A stretch of DNA of 64,000 nt from the human T2T-CHM13v2.0 reference genome, Homo sapiens. Positions 29,770-51,786 of this stretch are shown here, in pieces. Location of the stretch: NCBI RefSeq assembly GCF_009914755.1, contig NC_060946.1; one strand, written 5' to 3'. The notes beneath the pieces are model-generated. The model made no database searches, was not told where the DNA came from, and worked only from the letters and a program-made list of their open reading frames with translations. How positions within the stretch are numbered: position 1 is the first letter of the stretch; each line of letters starts with the position of its first letter. The position numbers and the translations under genes were made by a program.

Positions 29770-30088
29770 CTATGAACATTCTGCAGGGGCCACTGACTTC
29801 TCCACGGTGCTCCCTTCTTGCATAACCTGGCAGCTGTAGCTTCTGCGGGACCTCCACTGCTCGGGCGTCAGGCTCAGGTAGCTGCTGGCCACGTACTTGT
29901 TGTTGCTCTGTTTGGAGGGCGTGGTCATCTCCACGCTCTGGGTGATGAGGGTACCATCTGCCTTCCAGGTCACCATCAAGATTCCCGGATAAAGTTATTC
30001 ATGAGACACACCAGTGTGGCCTTGTTGGCTTGGGGCTCCTCACAGGACGGCAGGAACAGAATGACCGACGGGGTAGTCTTGGGCTGAC
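29770..30088 (-). pseudogene. GUSBP11: IGLL1 (lambda5)-like exon 3, C-lambda domain, with a 1-bp frameshift; 3' part of GUSBP11 (IGLL2-type)
   Basis: AG|GTCAGCCCAAG; reads [32 protein letters not shown] then TTTAT instead of TTTTAT, giving TGA at 29978-29976; other frame continues VTWKADG...VAPAECS*. Confidence 0.93.
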
Positions 30089-31453
30089 CTGTGTGGACAG
30101 AGGAGGGGGTGAGAGATGGCAGAGGGAGTGTGGGGTGTTGTGGAGCGCCTCTCTCTGTCTAAAGTCTCTGGGAGGGTTCATGGTGTGGCCGTCTGGTCCA
30201 CCCAGGGCCTCTCCTTCCCTCCTCATTCCCTCCTTTCCACTGGAGCCCTCTGCAGAGCAGACAGCCCTGTGCCTTCCTAGGAGCCCTTCCCAAGTCACCT
30301 TTCCCAGGTGTCCTGGCCCAGCCCTTTCCTCTGCAGCCTCAGTTTCCCCGTGTGTACCCAGGGCAGGCTGTGCTCCCTCCTTCCTGGTTTCTGGAGTCTG
30401 AGTTTGGAATCTAGGGGTCTCCCTCACAGCACACAAAACTGACCTGGCAGGGTGTGGGGAGGCCCAAGCCTGGCATGGCCTGGAGCTTCCCGTCCCCTGG
30501 GGCACCAGGCTATGCCCCAGCCTGGCCCACTCAGCTCTCCTGGTGAAGCGTGGGCTCCACCCAGACACACCCTGGGGCTCTGCCATCGCCCCTGTCCCCA
30601 CCAGCCCAACCACAGGACCCTTCACATCGGCTGGGTTCTTGGGGCTGCTAACAGACTTCGGGGCACCGCAGCCCCCATGCCCACTCCAGCAGCCTCTGAT
30701 ACCCCTGGACTTCACCTGTCAGCCGTGGAGTTCTCTGCACTCCCGTTTACTCCCCACTAGTCACCTCCTGAGTCTAAGGTGCCCTTCCTCAAATGAAGGT
30801 GGGAGGTCGACCCTTCAACAGACACCGGGCCCCAGAGGTGATGGGACTCCAGGGACAGACACATCTCTGCACTAAGAGACCCTCTCCTTTCTTGGGACTG
30901 TCCAGGGAGGGCTGGGCCTTGGGACCTCTCCCAGTTTCACCCATCCCTCTGTGTCCCCATGTCCTCACGACCCAGCAGAGGCCACAGAGCTACACCCTAG
31001 ACCCAGAGCCCTCTCTGCCCTCCATTGGTCTCCCCTTGGGATGACCCCTGTGTCCACAGGCCCCCGTGTGGCCCTCCCAGCCTGGATAGGCATCCAGCCC
31101 TCAGCCTAGACCCTGGGGTCCCAGGGACTGTCTCTAAGGCCACCGTACGGCCCCTCATCAGAACCGGCCTCTGTCCCTCATTCAGACATGTGCCCTGCCC
31201 AATCCCAGCCCAGGCCCCAGGACCAGGCTGTGTCCCACTGTTGGAACCTGAAGGCGGCTGCTCCCACTGTGGGAGCCCTTCATGCCAGTTAACCTGAGAC
31301 TAGCCCGCTTCCCCCAGACCCTATGGAGAAAGGAAGGGTTCCGTGCTTAAGGCTTGGAGGGCAAAGGGGAAGAAGCCCCAGAGAACGAAAACAGATTTTT
31401 GCAGAGACAGGAGAGGGTGCGACAGGCTAGGGAAAGTTGTGAGAGCCACGTAC

Positions 31454-31569
31454 CTAAAACAGTGAGCTGGGTCCCACTGCCAAACACATGCTTCACTGAA
31501 TTATGCTTGGATTGAAACCCCCAGGGCCAGCATCTGGCGCCAGTCCAGGAGCCACGCTGGAGCAGGAAC
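31454..31569 (-). pseudogene. GUSBP11: IGLL1-like exon 2 (116 nt, J-like): FLLQRGSWTGARCWPWGFQSKHNSVKHVFGSGTQLTVL
   Basis: CAG acceptor, GTACGT donor, FGXGT J motif; no IGLL1 exon 1 leader seen upstream. Confidence 0.93.
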
Positions 31570-32054
31570 CTGCTGGGTGTGAGGGGCACAGGGCTGCAGT
31601 GTGTAGGCTGTGACCCAGGCACAGGGCAGGGGGGTGGCCAGTATCCCAGTAGTGTCCCCCAGTAGTGTCTCTGTGCCTGTTCCCTGTCTGAGGCAGGTGC
31701 CGCCCACAGCCTTGGAGTCACCCCAGCATATGTTCCCCTCTCTGAAGCTGTTGGTGCTGATGGCAACGCTGGGCCCAGTAGGTCCCAGCAACTCCCTGAG
31801 TGACACATCCCCTCAGGCAGCTGTGCCGTGTGGCTGAGGAGTCCTCAGCTGGCTCGGACCTGTCCACCTCACTTGGCCTCATTTTAAGGGCCTCTGAAAT
31901 CTGCCACAAGTGTCTGCAGTCAAGCCAAGTTGACTTGCTCCCTGGACCAGGACATTGGGTCATTCCTGACTCAAGAGGAGAGTCCTCTGCTTTTGTATCT
32001 ACCCATGGAGATGCAGCTCAGTCTCACTTTGTTCATGAAGCCTTTTCTGATCAT

Positions 32055-32165
32055 TCATTCCGTCTGTCCGTCCATCCATCTGTCCATCTATTCATCTGTC
32101 TTTGCATCCATCTATCATCTGTCCATTCATCCACCTACCTATCCATCCATCCATAAATCCATCCT
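32055..32165. repeat. Degenerate (CCAT)n simple repeat
   Basis: CATCCATC/CATCTATC runs. Confidence 0.8.
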
Positions 32166-32764
32166 GTCTACCAGGCACTGTTTCGTGTACTGGGGACATG
32201 GTGTGGTCCCCCAGGCTCTCACCCCCATCCATCCCAGGTCATGGCCAACAAGGCCCTCCTCATGGTCATGTCCAAGGTCCTTCTGCTGTACCTGGTGTCT
32301 CTGCTGGATGTGACACAGAGCTGGCCCCTCCTTCCAGTGACTCTTTTCCCCTTGAGGTCTGACTCCCCTTTCCTCTTCCCCGGCATCTGTTTCTCCACGG
32401 CCCATGCCTGGCTGCTGACTCCCCAGACCCCCACCCAGACCTCTTTCTTGGCCGTCTTTACACTCTGTGACCCCCACTATTGCCCACATGGTGAGGCTGG
32501 AGTCTATCTCAGCTCCAAACCCTCTCAGCTCCTCAACTGCCTACTGACCTTGCCCAGTGGGCTACCCAACAGGAGTCTCAAACTAATCACTTCCAGAGAT
32601 GACCACCTTCCCCCAGCCCAACTCATTTTCTGTCTTCATCTCATCACAATGACCATGGGCGGTCTCAACCCCACAGCCAGAAACCTGGAGTCCCTGGATT
32701 CAGTCACCTCGCCTCCCACACTGAAATGGCTTCTGTGTACTTAGCTACTGCATCTAGACATTCC

Positions 32765-39810
<7,046 letters not shown>

Positions 39811-40357
39811 GAGGTCACTGTGATACCCTGTTTGAAGGGGACAGGGCCTGGACAGGGCAGAGGCTGTGATAGGAGCCCCCTCTTCCCTTCCCATCTATGA
39901 CTCTCAGTGTCCTTGCCCAGTTTTCTCCACTTCCATTTTATTTTTTATTTTTAGAGACAGGGTCTCACTCTGTTGTCCAGGCTGGAATGCAGGGGTGTGA
40001 TCATAGCTCACCGCAGTCTCAATTCCTAGGCGCAAATGATCCTCTCACCTCAGCCTTACAAGCAGCTGAGACTATATGCATGGGCCACCATGCTGGGCTA
40101 GTTATTTTATTACTGGGTAGAGATGGGGTCTCCCTGTGTTACCCAGGCTGGTGTCAAACTCCTGGTCTCAAGCATCCTCGCACCTTGCCTTTCCAAAGTG
40201 CTGCGATTACAGGCGACCCCGCTCTGCCTCTCCAGTCCCTGACCGTCCCCACTGGCCAGCCCTGGAAAGCCCAGCAACAAGGGAGCCAGGGTGGGGCAGG
40301 AAACACGTAGCAGCCTCCTCTCGCGCCCACTTTATTTGGGGGCAGGCGTGGGAGGAC

Positions 40358-40682
40358 CTAGGCCTGCTGTGCCTGTAGTAGTGCCCGCACCTGGCAGATC
40401 TGCCAGTCGACGCTGGAGTGCTCAGTGCCATCCAGGGCACTGTACTGCTCCACGCTGTGCCCGTATTCCCACATGCGGCTCATGTCGCCTGAGAACAGGG
40501 GGCTAAAGAGAGGAAGAGGTGGGCCAGGGTGCCAGGCCACCTGGAGACAGCGTGGGGAAGGGGGTGGGCCGCACCTGATGGTCTGCAGCTCCCGTAGTGA
40601 CAGCTGGTTGAGGGCAACCCCCTTGGTCTCGGCCATGAACATGGCTTTCCTTGGAGGCCTCGTGGGCCTAGTGGAATGGCAT
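40358..40682 (-). pseudogene. ASLP1: ASL pseudogene, last two exons (40575-40682 and 40358-40502) with intron
   Basis: [21 protein letters not shown] and PLFSGD...[19 protein letters not shown]; premature TAG at 40670-40668 and a +1 insertion; AATAAA at 40331-40336. Confidence 0.92.
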
Positions 40683-42087
40683 CTGAGTGCCGGGCAGAAA
40701 GGTGGCACTGAGGCAGCTTCGTCCATGCCCTAATTTGCCTCCACTGCCTGCACCCTGTTTTTTTTTTTTTTTTTTTTTTTCGATACAAAATCTCACTCTG
40801 TTGCCCAGGCTGAAGTGCAGTGGCCTGAACTCACCTCACTGTAACCTCCACCTCCCTGTGGGAGAAGAGGAGCAGGGGCTCAGGTGGAGGCTCGGGCAAG
40901 GCCTGCCTGTGACACTGGGACCCTGCAGGCCTGGGTCACCCCTGGAAAAAGTGTCGTCCTGCAGCACTCCACCTGAATGAGGGATCCAGTGATCTCCCAG
41001 GACAAATCAGTCTTAAGGGAAAAAGAGGATGGAAGTGGGGCCATGTGAACCAAGGACTAGGTCTGAGCTGTGGGGCCTCCGGAGGTGAGGGTTTGCCAGG
41101 AACACCCGAAGGCTGAGCCTCTGTCACTCAGCATCTCCGAGCTGAGGCCAGAACAGGGGAGCAGGCCCGTGTTGGGTATGACTTGGCCATGGGAGGTTTC
41201 GTTTGAGGACCCCAGAAATAGCTGGGGCTCATTCAAGGGCTGCTCTGACCAGCTGAGACACCCTGCTCCTCATTCAAGTAGGTAGGGCAGAGGCAGAGGT
41301 GCTGTGAGTGATGGTCCTGTTTTCTTACTGTTTTGTTTTTATTTTCAGAGACAGGGACTTTTCTGTTGCCCAGGGTGGAGTGCAGTGGCACGATCATAGC
41401 TCACTGCTGCCTCGATCTCCTAGGCTCAAGTGATCCTCCTGCCTCAGCCTCCTGAGTAGTTAGGACTACAGAGACATGCCACTATGTCCAGCTAATTTTT
41501 AATTTTTTGTAAAAATGGGGTCTTGCTATATTGCCCAGGGTGGTCTGAAACTCCTGGGTTCAAGCAATCCTCCTGCCTTGGCCTCCCAAAGGGCTGGGAA
41601 TACAAATGTGAGCCACCACACCTGGCCTGTTTTTTGTTGCTGTTGTTGTTTTTGAGACAGCGTTTCACTCTTGTTGCCCAGGCTGGAGTGCAACGGCACG
41701 GTCTTGGTTCACTGCAACCTCCGTCTCCCAGGTTCAAGATTCTCCTGCCTCAGCTTCCCAAGTAGCTGGGATTACAGGTGCCCGCCACCACGCCAAGCTA
41801 ATTTTTTGTATTTGTAGTAGAGATGGGGTTTCACCGTGTTCACCATGTTCACCAGGCTAGTCTCAAACTCCTCACTTCAGGTCATCCACCCGCCTTGGCC
41901 TCCCAAAGTGCTGGGATTACAGGCGTGAGCTACTGTGCCCGGCCTGTTGTTGTTTTAAATAAACCAGCTTTACTGAGATCTCATTCACAAATAATTTACC
42001 CATTTTAAGTTCACATTTTAGCGTACAACCATCACCAAAACCAATTTTAGAACATTTTCATCACCCCATAAAGAAATTCTGTACTCA

Positions 42088-42261
<174 letters not shown>

Positions 42262-43627
42262 TCAGAAAGCTGAGGTGGGAGGATCATCTGCGTCCAGGAG
42301 TGTGGGCCTACAGTGAACTATTACCGAACCACTGCACTCCAGCCTAGGTGACAGAACAAGACCTCATCTCTAAAGACAATTTTAAAAGTCACAAAGTTAA
42401 AAATTAGGCCGGGTGCAGTGGCTTATGCCTCTAATCCTATCACTTTGGCAAGACAAGGCAGGCGGATCACCTGAGCTCAGGAGTTCGAGACCAGCCTGGC
42501 CAACAAGGCAAAACCCATCTCTACTGAAATAAATACTAAAATTCGCTGGATGTGGTGGCGCACACCTGTAATCCCAGCTACTTCAGAGGCTGAGGCACTG
42601 GAATTGCTTGAACCTGGGAGGCAGAGTTTGCAGTTAGCCGAGATCGTGCCACTGGACTCCAGACTAGGCGACAGAGTGAGACCCTATCTCAAAAGAAAAA
42701 AAAAATTAAAGAAACCCTGAACTCAGTAGCAGACACTCCCTGTTTCTCCTAGCAGCCCCGCCCCACCTACAGGGTGACAATTTGTGTGCCCTTCTTTCCC
42801 CCCAGGTCTGTGAACCAGGGGTCACAGGGAGTTGAGGAAGAGGAGGGGTCTCTGACAACACATCAGAGACTCCTCAGCAGCTCCCCATCCAGGTCTGCAA
42901 GGATCAAATCCAGTCCCAAAGACATCAGGTGAAAGCCTGGGATGAGGCCAATATGAGGCAGCCTTTGGCTCTTTTGCCAGATGGGCTAGATGGGGACGCG
43001 GAGCATGGGATGGGAGACGTGGGGCACAGGCAGGGTAGCAGGTGAGTCTGGCTGCTCCAGGCACAGCCAAGCTAGTGCCTTAGCTTCCTGCCCTTAAATC
43101 CACAAAGGGTGAGTTTTCTATTTTATTTTTTAGACAAGGGTCTCGCTCTGTCGCCCAGGCTGGCAGTGGCTCAATCTTAGCTCACTGCAACCTCTGCTTC
43201 CTGGGTTCAAGCAGTTGTCCTGCCTCAGTCTCCTGAGTAGATTGGATTACAGGCGCCCACCACCACACCTGCCTAATTTTTGTATTTTTAGTAAAGATAA
43301 GAGTTTCACCATCTTGGCCAGGCTGGTCTCGAACTCCTGACCCACCTGCCTCGGCCTCCCAAAGTGCTGGGATTACAGGCATGAACCCCTGCACCGGCCC
43401 CATGAAGGGTGAGTTTTCCTTGCCAGCTGAGCTAGACTGCCATGGGAATATTGCCGTCTGCAGGAAATGCCCCACTCCTGGCTGCTCTGCCTCGACCCTG
43501 GAGTTTTGGGATGCCCCGGTCCCCCAGGGCCTGGCACCCCCACCCTGTTCACCCCTGCCACCTAGGTCTGCTGTTCAGGCTGCCATCACACCTCTCTCTG
43601 CCCCCTGGGTGTCCCTTGAGTACTCAC

Positions 43628-44499
43628 ACCTCTGCCCAATCCCCCATAGTCCTGATGAGCTCCCAGAGGAGGCCCGAGAGCGTGAAGCAGGTCTGCCACA
43701 TCCACAACCTGAGGTCCGTGACCACCTGTGCGAAAAGGAGGTGGTGCTCAGGGAAACTGACATATTACTTCCCTGGGGAGCCAGGACCACTGCTGAGCTC
43801 TGACTGCCCCCTGGGCTCCCCAAGGTTGGGACAGCATGGAGTAGGGGGGTGGAGGGGCTAGAGGCACCTGGTCATTCCAGCTCCATCCCATGTGTGCCTT
43901 CCCTGCGGTTTCACCAATGATCACAGAATGATGGTGCTAATGCTCAAAGTGGCCCCGCGCAAGGTGGAGAGGGGAGGCCAGGAAGGCCGTGGGGCTGCAG
44001 GGTTCGTACCTTCAGGTAGCACTTGTTGGCTGTGTGGATGTCCTCATCATTGGGGTTGAGTTTGAAGGTGCCCTGGGCCCACTCCTCAACCACCTATAGC
44101 ACGTAGCAGCAATACCAGGGGTCAGGTGAGCAGGCATCAGCAGCCGAGAGCCCCTGCCCTGATCCCACCTTATTTCTGATGACTGACTGTCCCTGTCCAG
44201 GAGCTGAGTCCTGGAAGTGCACCCTGGGAGGGGGCATCTCGAGCCCAGCACACCTTTACCCATAAGCCATGTGGGCCACAGGGATCATTAAAGGAGAGAA
44301 GAGGTCAAGGCACACAGTTAAACAGCACTTGAGTATATAATTAGTTCAACGTAAAACCATCCATCTCGGCCTTGGCGAGGAGCCCTGCCTTCTCCATGCC
44401 CCGGCTGTAGGCTCTGCTGCCTTGAATATCCACCTCCCACAGGTGCTGGTCGTAGGCTGGATGTGTTGAACTTCTCCATGATGGGGTCCACTGCACCCA
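43628..44499 (-). pseudogene. ASLP1: ASL pseudogene 5' exons: about 44359-44499 (frameshifted, truncated), 44010-44093, about 43868-43920, 43628-43725
   Basis: [25 protein letters not shown]; [23 protein letters not shown]; IGETAGKAHMGWSWNDQ; [27 protein letters not shown]; introns retained; middle exons absent. Confidence 0.92.
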
Positions 44500-45770
44500 C
44501 TGTGGCCAGGAGAGCAGAACAACTAGTCTCTCCTCCACCATCCAGAACAGTGCCTCTTGCAGAGTCTCCTCGGGAAACTTACCAAGTCTGATGGTAGCAG
44601 GGGCATGGGACCATCCTAACTGGGAAGACAAAAAGGCTGAGACCTTCCCAGAGTCACCTTGGGAGTGAGCATGGGAACATGGCTGAACACCAAGACAGAG
44701 CCAGGCTGGACTGCAGTAGTGCAACCTCGGCTCACTGCAACCTCCGCCTCCCGGGTTCATGAGATTCTCCTGCCTCAGCCTCCCGAGTAGCTGGGATTAC
44801 AGACACGCACCACCACACCTGGCTAATTTTTGGATCATTAGTACAGACAGGGTTTGACCATGTTGGCCAGGCTGGTCTTGAACTCCTGACCTCAGGTGAT
44901 CCTCCCATCTCAGCCTCTGAAAGTGCTGGGATTATGGGCATGAGCCACTGCGTCTGGCTTTGAAGTTGGGGTCTTTCCCACCACATGGCACCACCCCAAG
45001 GAGATGGTGGCAGGGCCCGAGGCACCCCGGGACCAGAGCAGAGCTTCTGGAACCTTTCCTGCCACTGACCAAGGTGCCAGGTGCCATCCTAATTGATGAC
45101 ACAACTCTCTGGGGTAGGCACCAATACAATCCCACTATGAAGGGGGGAAACTGAGGCACAGGGAGGCATGCAGCCTGCCCTTACCAGGGGAGGGAGAGCC
45201 AGGGCTGCAGCCCAGCAGTCTGAAGTCAGAACCCATGCTCTTCACCCCTGTTCCACCACGGCCTCTGAGCTTGGCTCTGGTGTCCTGAACTTTTGCTGCA
45301 GGGACAGGCAAGGAGGCACTGACGGTCTCCACCAAGCTTAAGTGCCCTGCAACTCTCTCCCTCACAGCTTGGAGTCAGACTAAGAGACTAAGATCCCAAT
45401 TCCTACTGCTCCCTTGGCTCTGAGGAGCACTCTGACACCCCCCATTGTCACTGGCCTTCTAGGAGGTCACTGGGTGACCCCTTACTCCCCAGGAGCCAAG
45501 GGTAGAGAGATGGTACGTAGGCATCTACGTTTTGTTCTTATTTTTGAGACATGGAGTCTCACTTGGTCGCCCAGGCTGGAGTGCAGTGGTACGATCTCGG
45601 CTCACTGCAACCTCCGTGTCCCAGGTTCAAGCCGATTCTCCTGCCTCAGCCTCCCAAGTAGCTGGAATTACAGGTATGTGCCACCACACCTGGTTGAGTT
45701 TTGTATTTTTAGTAGAGACGGGATTTCACCATGTTGGCCAGACTGGTCTTGAACTCCTGGCCTCAAGTGA

Positions 45771-46058
<288 letters not shown>

Positions 46059-46203
46059 TAATCCCAGAACTTTGGGAGGCCGAGACAGGTGGATCACGAG
46101 GTCAGGAGATCGAGACCATCCTGGCTAACATGGTGAAATCCTGTCTCTACTAAAAATACAAAAATTAGCTGGGCATGGTGGTGCTCGCCTGTAGTCCCAG
46201 CTA

Positions 46204-46353
<150 letters not shown>

Positions 46354-46702
46354 CTATGTTGCCCAGGCTGGTCTTGAACTCCTGGGCTCAAGCAATCCTT
46401 CTGCTTCCGAAAGTGCTGGGATTATAGGCATAAGCCAAGGCGCTGGCCACATCTATGTTTTGAAAGCGGGCAGAGGCCAGGGCATGGGACAGATCGGGGA
46501 AGGGTACAGGGCACCTGGGAAGTAGTCCTAGTACCCAGGACTGGGGGGAGGGTGGGGTGGAGGTGGGCACGTCACTTGACTGACATCCTTTTTGTGGAAG
46601 GGACTCTACAACGGCCAATAGGGACATATGTCCTCCTCTGTCCCCCTGCAATGCCCCAGACCTCTGTTAACCACCTGGCCTGGGGCCTATTATAAAAACT
46701 CA

Positions 46703-47068
<366 letters not shown>

Positions 47069-47629
47069 TTACTAAGGGAGGGCAGGCAGGGGACAGGACA
47101 TGTTTCAGCTCCACTCCTGGTTCTTGTGTGCACCCAGAGACCTCTACCGTGCTCTGGCCCTGAGCTGTCAACTGACCCCTCCATGCCCAACAGCCCCAGC
47201 TGCCAAAGGACTCTGCCCTGCAGAGGGAGCCTCCGCCCCCACCCCGTCTTTTGAGCTGGTCCTGCCCCTTACCCCACAAGCTGCCCCACCAAGCCTAGAT
47301 CTCCAGCAAAGCACTAGGTGGGGCCTGGATCTTTCTGATCACTGGGGCCAGCCAGTCAGAATTGGAGCCAGCCTGCCCCTCAGCTGGGAGCCTGGCAGTA
47401 CCTCCCCCAGCGGGGTCCTGGGCCACCCTGCCTGGGTTATTAGTAATAAAAACTGCTAAATATGCAAGGCTGCAGCCAAACCAATTAGTGCCAACCTACA
47501 GGAAGGCCTGGGGCAGGCTGAGGTCACCTGGAGTGCTGGGCTGGTCCAACGGCAGACCACTCTGCTCTAGGACCAAGCGCCTATCCTTACTGGCAGGCAT
47601 AATAGGATGCCACTGGGAGATCAGAGTGA

Positions 47630-48175
<546 letters not shown>

Positions 48176-48859
48176 TGAGATGAAGTTTTGCTCTTGTCAC
48201 CCAGGCTGGAGTGCCATGGCACGATCTTGGCTCACTGTAACCTCCACCACCCGGGTTCAAGTGGTTCTCCTGCCTCAGCCTACATAGTAGCTAGGATTAC
48301 AGGCACCCACCATCACCCCCAGCCAATTTTTGTATTTTTAGTAGAGATGGGGTTTTACCATGTTGGCCAGGCTGGTCTGGAGCTCCTGACCTCAGGTGAT
48401 CCGCCTGCCTTGGCCTCCCAAAGTGCTGAGATTACAGGTGTGAGCCACCCCTCCCGGCCCCTTGCCTGGCCCAATTTTTAATATATTACAGGATTGTGGC
48501 AACCTTGTGTTGAGCTAGTGTAGTATTGGTGCTATTTTTCCAACAGCACGTGCTCACTTGGTGTCTTTGTTCAACATTTCGGTAATTCTTACTGCATTTC
48601 AATAATTCTTATCGCCTCCCAAATTGCTAGGATTACAGGCGTGAGCCACGGCTCCTGGCTGTTTTTTTGTTTTTGTTTTGTTTTCTTTTGTTTTTTTTGA
48701 GATGAGATGGAGTCTCACTCTGTCTCCAGGCTGGAATGCAGTGGCACGATCTCGGCTCACGCAAACTCTGCCTCCCGGGTTGAAGCGATTCTTCTGCCTC
48801 AGCCTCCCGAGCAGCTGGGACTACAGGGGTGAGCCACCACGTCCGGCCTGGCTGTTTCT

Positions 48860-49260
48860 TTGTCCTCCTCCTCCTCTTCCTCCTCCGTTTCTTTTTCCTC
48901 CTCCTGTTTCTTTTTCCTCCTCCATTTCTTTTTCCTCCTCCTCCTCCTCCATTTCATTTTCCTCCTGCTCCTCCTCTTCCATTTCTTTTCCCTCCTCCTC
49001 CTGCTCCATTTCTTTTCCCTCCTCCTCCTCCACCTCCTCCTCCTCCAACTCCTTCTGCTCCGTTTCTTTTTGCTCCTCCTTTTTTTTCCCCTCCTCCGCT
49101 TCCTCCTCCTCCTCGTAGGCACGAGACACCATGACTGGCCTGGTTGTTTCCTTTTCCTCCTCCTGCTCCTCCTCCACCTCCCAAATTGCTGAGATTACAG
49201 GCATGAGCCACTGCACCTAGCTCTTTCTTCTTCTTTTTTCTCCTCTTCCTCCTCCTCCAT
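48860..49260. repeat. Pyrimidine-rich (CCT)n/T-run low-complexity tract between antisense Alu ends
   Basis: About 260 bp nearly pure C/T; yields poly-E, poly-S and poly-P spurious ORFs. Confidence 0.9.
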
Positions 49261-50465
49261 TTTATTTTATTTTTAGATATGGAGTCTCACTCTGTTGCCC
49301 AGACTGGAGTGCAGTGGCCTCACTGCAACCTTCACTTGCCTGGATTCAAGCAATTCTGCCTCAGCCTAACAAGTATCTGGAATTACAGGCAGCAGCCACC
49401 ATGCCCAGATAATTTTTGTATTTTTAGTAGAGACGGGATTTCACTATGTTGGCCAGGCTGGTCTCCAACTCCTGACCTCGTGATCCGCCCACCTCGGCTT
49501 CCCAAAGTGCTGGGATAACAGGCCTGACCCACTGCGCCCAGCCCGCCTGGCCCGTTTCTTTTGTTTTCTTTTTTTTTTTTCTTAAAACAGAGTTTTGCTC
49601 TTGTTGCCCAGGCTGGAGTGCAAAGGTGCGATCTTCCCTCACCGCAACCTCCACCTCCCGGGTTCAAGCGATTCTCATGCCTTAGCCTTCCGAGTAACTG
49701 GGATTACAGGCACTTGCCACCACGCCTGCCTAATTTTTGTACTTTTAGTAGAGACAAGGTTTCTCCATGTTGGCCAGGCTGGTCTTGAACTCCTGACCTC
49801 AAGTGATCCGCCCTCCTCGGCCTCCCAAAGTTCTGGGATTACAGGCGTGGGTCACTGCGCTGGGCCTACAGCTCATTTCTTACCACATAAAGTTTTGCGC
49901 CTCTCCACAAAACTGCCATCAGGGATGTCCCCAGAAACCATTCATCCCAGGCGCCACGCAGAGAAGAGCTGCTTGTTCTCCTTTTCCCTTTACCTCTTCC
50001 ATCTCACCTCATCTTGTTCATTCATTCATCCCTTTTCCATTCTCACTTTTAAGTGTTAACCTTTCAAAACCCTGTTTTCCCCTATAAGTAATGTCTTGTA
50101 ACTCCCGCAATCACCATATCCTTCTCCAACCCACCAAACTGCCATCCTGAGTTTATGGTAAGTCCATAAACTAAGAAGAAATGGGAAACATTCATTGCAA
50201 ACCTGGCAGCCCCTCATCCACCCAACGTGACAGCACAGATCTTCTTGTCTTTGAAGACCCCCTTTTTTTTTTTTTTAAGACAGGTCTCACTCTGTCACCC
50301 TGGCTCAAGTGCAGTGGTGTAATCATAGCTCACTGCAGCCCCCAACTCCTGTGCTCAGGCGATCTGCCTGCCTCAGCCACCCAAGCAGCTGGAACTACAG
50401 GAACACACCACCACACCTAGCTAATTTGCTTACTTTTTGTAGAGAAGGGGTCTTGCTATGCTTAG

Positions 50466-50567
<102 letters not shown>

Positions 50568-50877
50568 TAAATGCTGCCATATTCAAGATGTGTTGAAACT
50601 CATCTGTATTCGATGAGCCTGCTTTTTGCAAGTGAGTAATATAAAACAGACTGAAATACCTTAAGCTTCTCAGGCTTTGTACCTTCCTAAAGTAAATCCA
50701 TGAGGTCCAGTTTTTCCTTCCTCCTTGGCTATGAAATAGACAAGAAAAAGGCAAGCTAGCCATTTACATCTCACTATAGCAGACTCTCCTGTTTGCTTTT
50801 TGACTGTATTTGGGAAGCAGGGGCCTGACTGCTTTCCTACTTACTAAGCACAACTCACTTTTCCTAGGAAATCCTCA

Positions 50878-51177
<300 letters not shown>

Positions 51178-51555
51178 TCAGAACTGGCAGAATTGTAAAT
51201 GTTAGATAAAAAATAAAGATCCACTTGATGGTGACCAAAATATCTGTCCTCGCAGGGGGCTATAGTGACTGCAGGACTCACTGATGCTAGGGTAAAGACA
51301 GCCAGGGAATGATGTAACCCAGAGTTAAAAAGGAGGTTTAAAAAAACAACATATTAATTAGTAACTGCTTTATTTATAAATGTAATCTGATATTCACTTT
51401 TTCTTACTTTTCCGTCTCTATCTGCTGGTACAGTCTTAAGGCTGAACTACGTTAGAAGTAAAAATATGACTTTGGGCCAGGGGCACTGGCTCATGCCTGT
51501 CATCCCAGCACTTTGGGAAACTGAAGTGGGAGGACTGCTTGAGCCTAGGAGTTCA

Positions 51556-51786
<231 letters not shown>

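Noticed and set aside
31495-31525. RSS-like nonamer and heptamer before the J-like segment
   Set aside because: Degenerate (GGTTTCAAT...TTCAGTG) with the wrong spacer; lambda5-type genes do not rearrange
48678-49216. Poly-Glu, poly-Ser, poly-Pro and poly-Arg ORFs
   Set aside because: Low-complexity CT tract open in many frames and flanked by Alu ends
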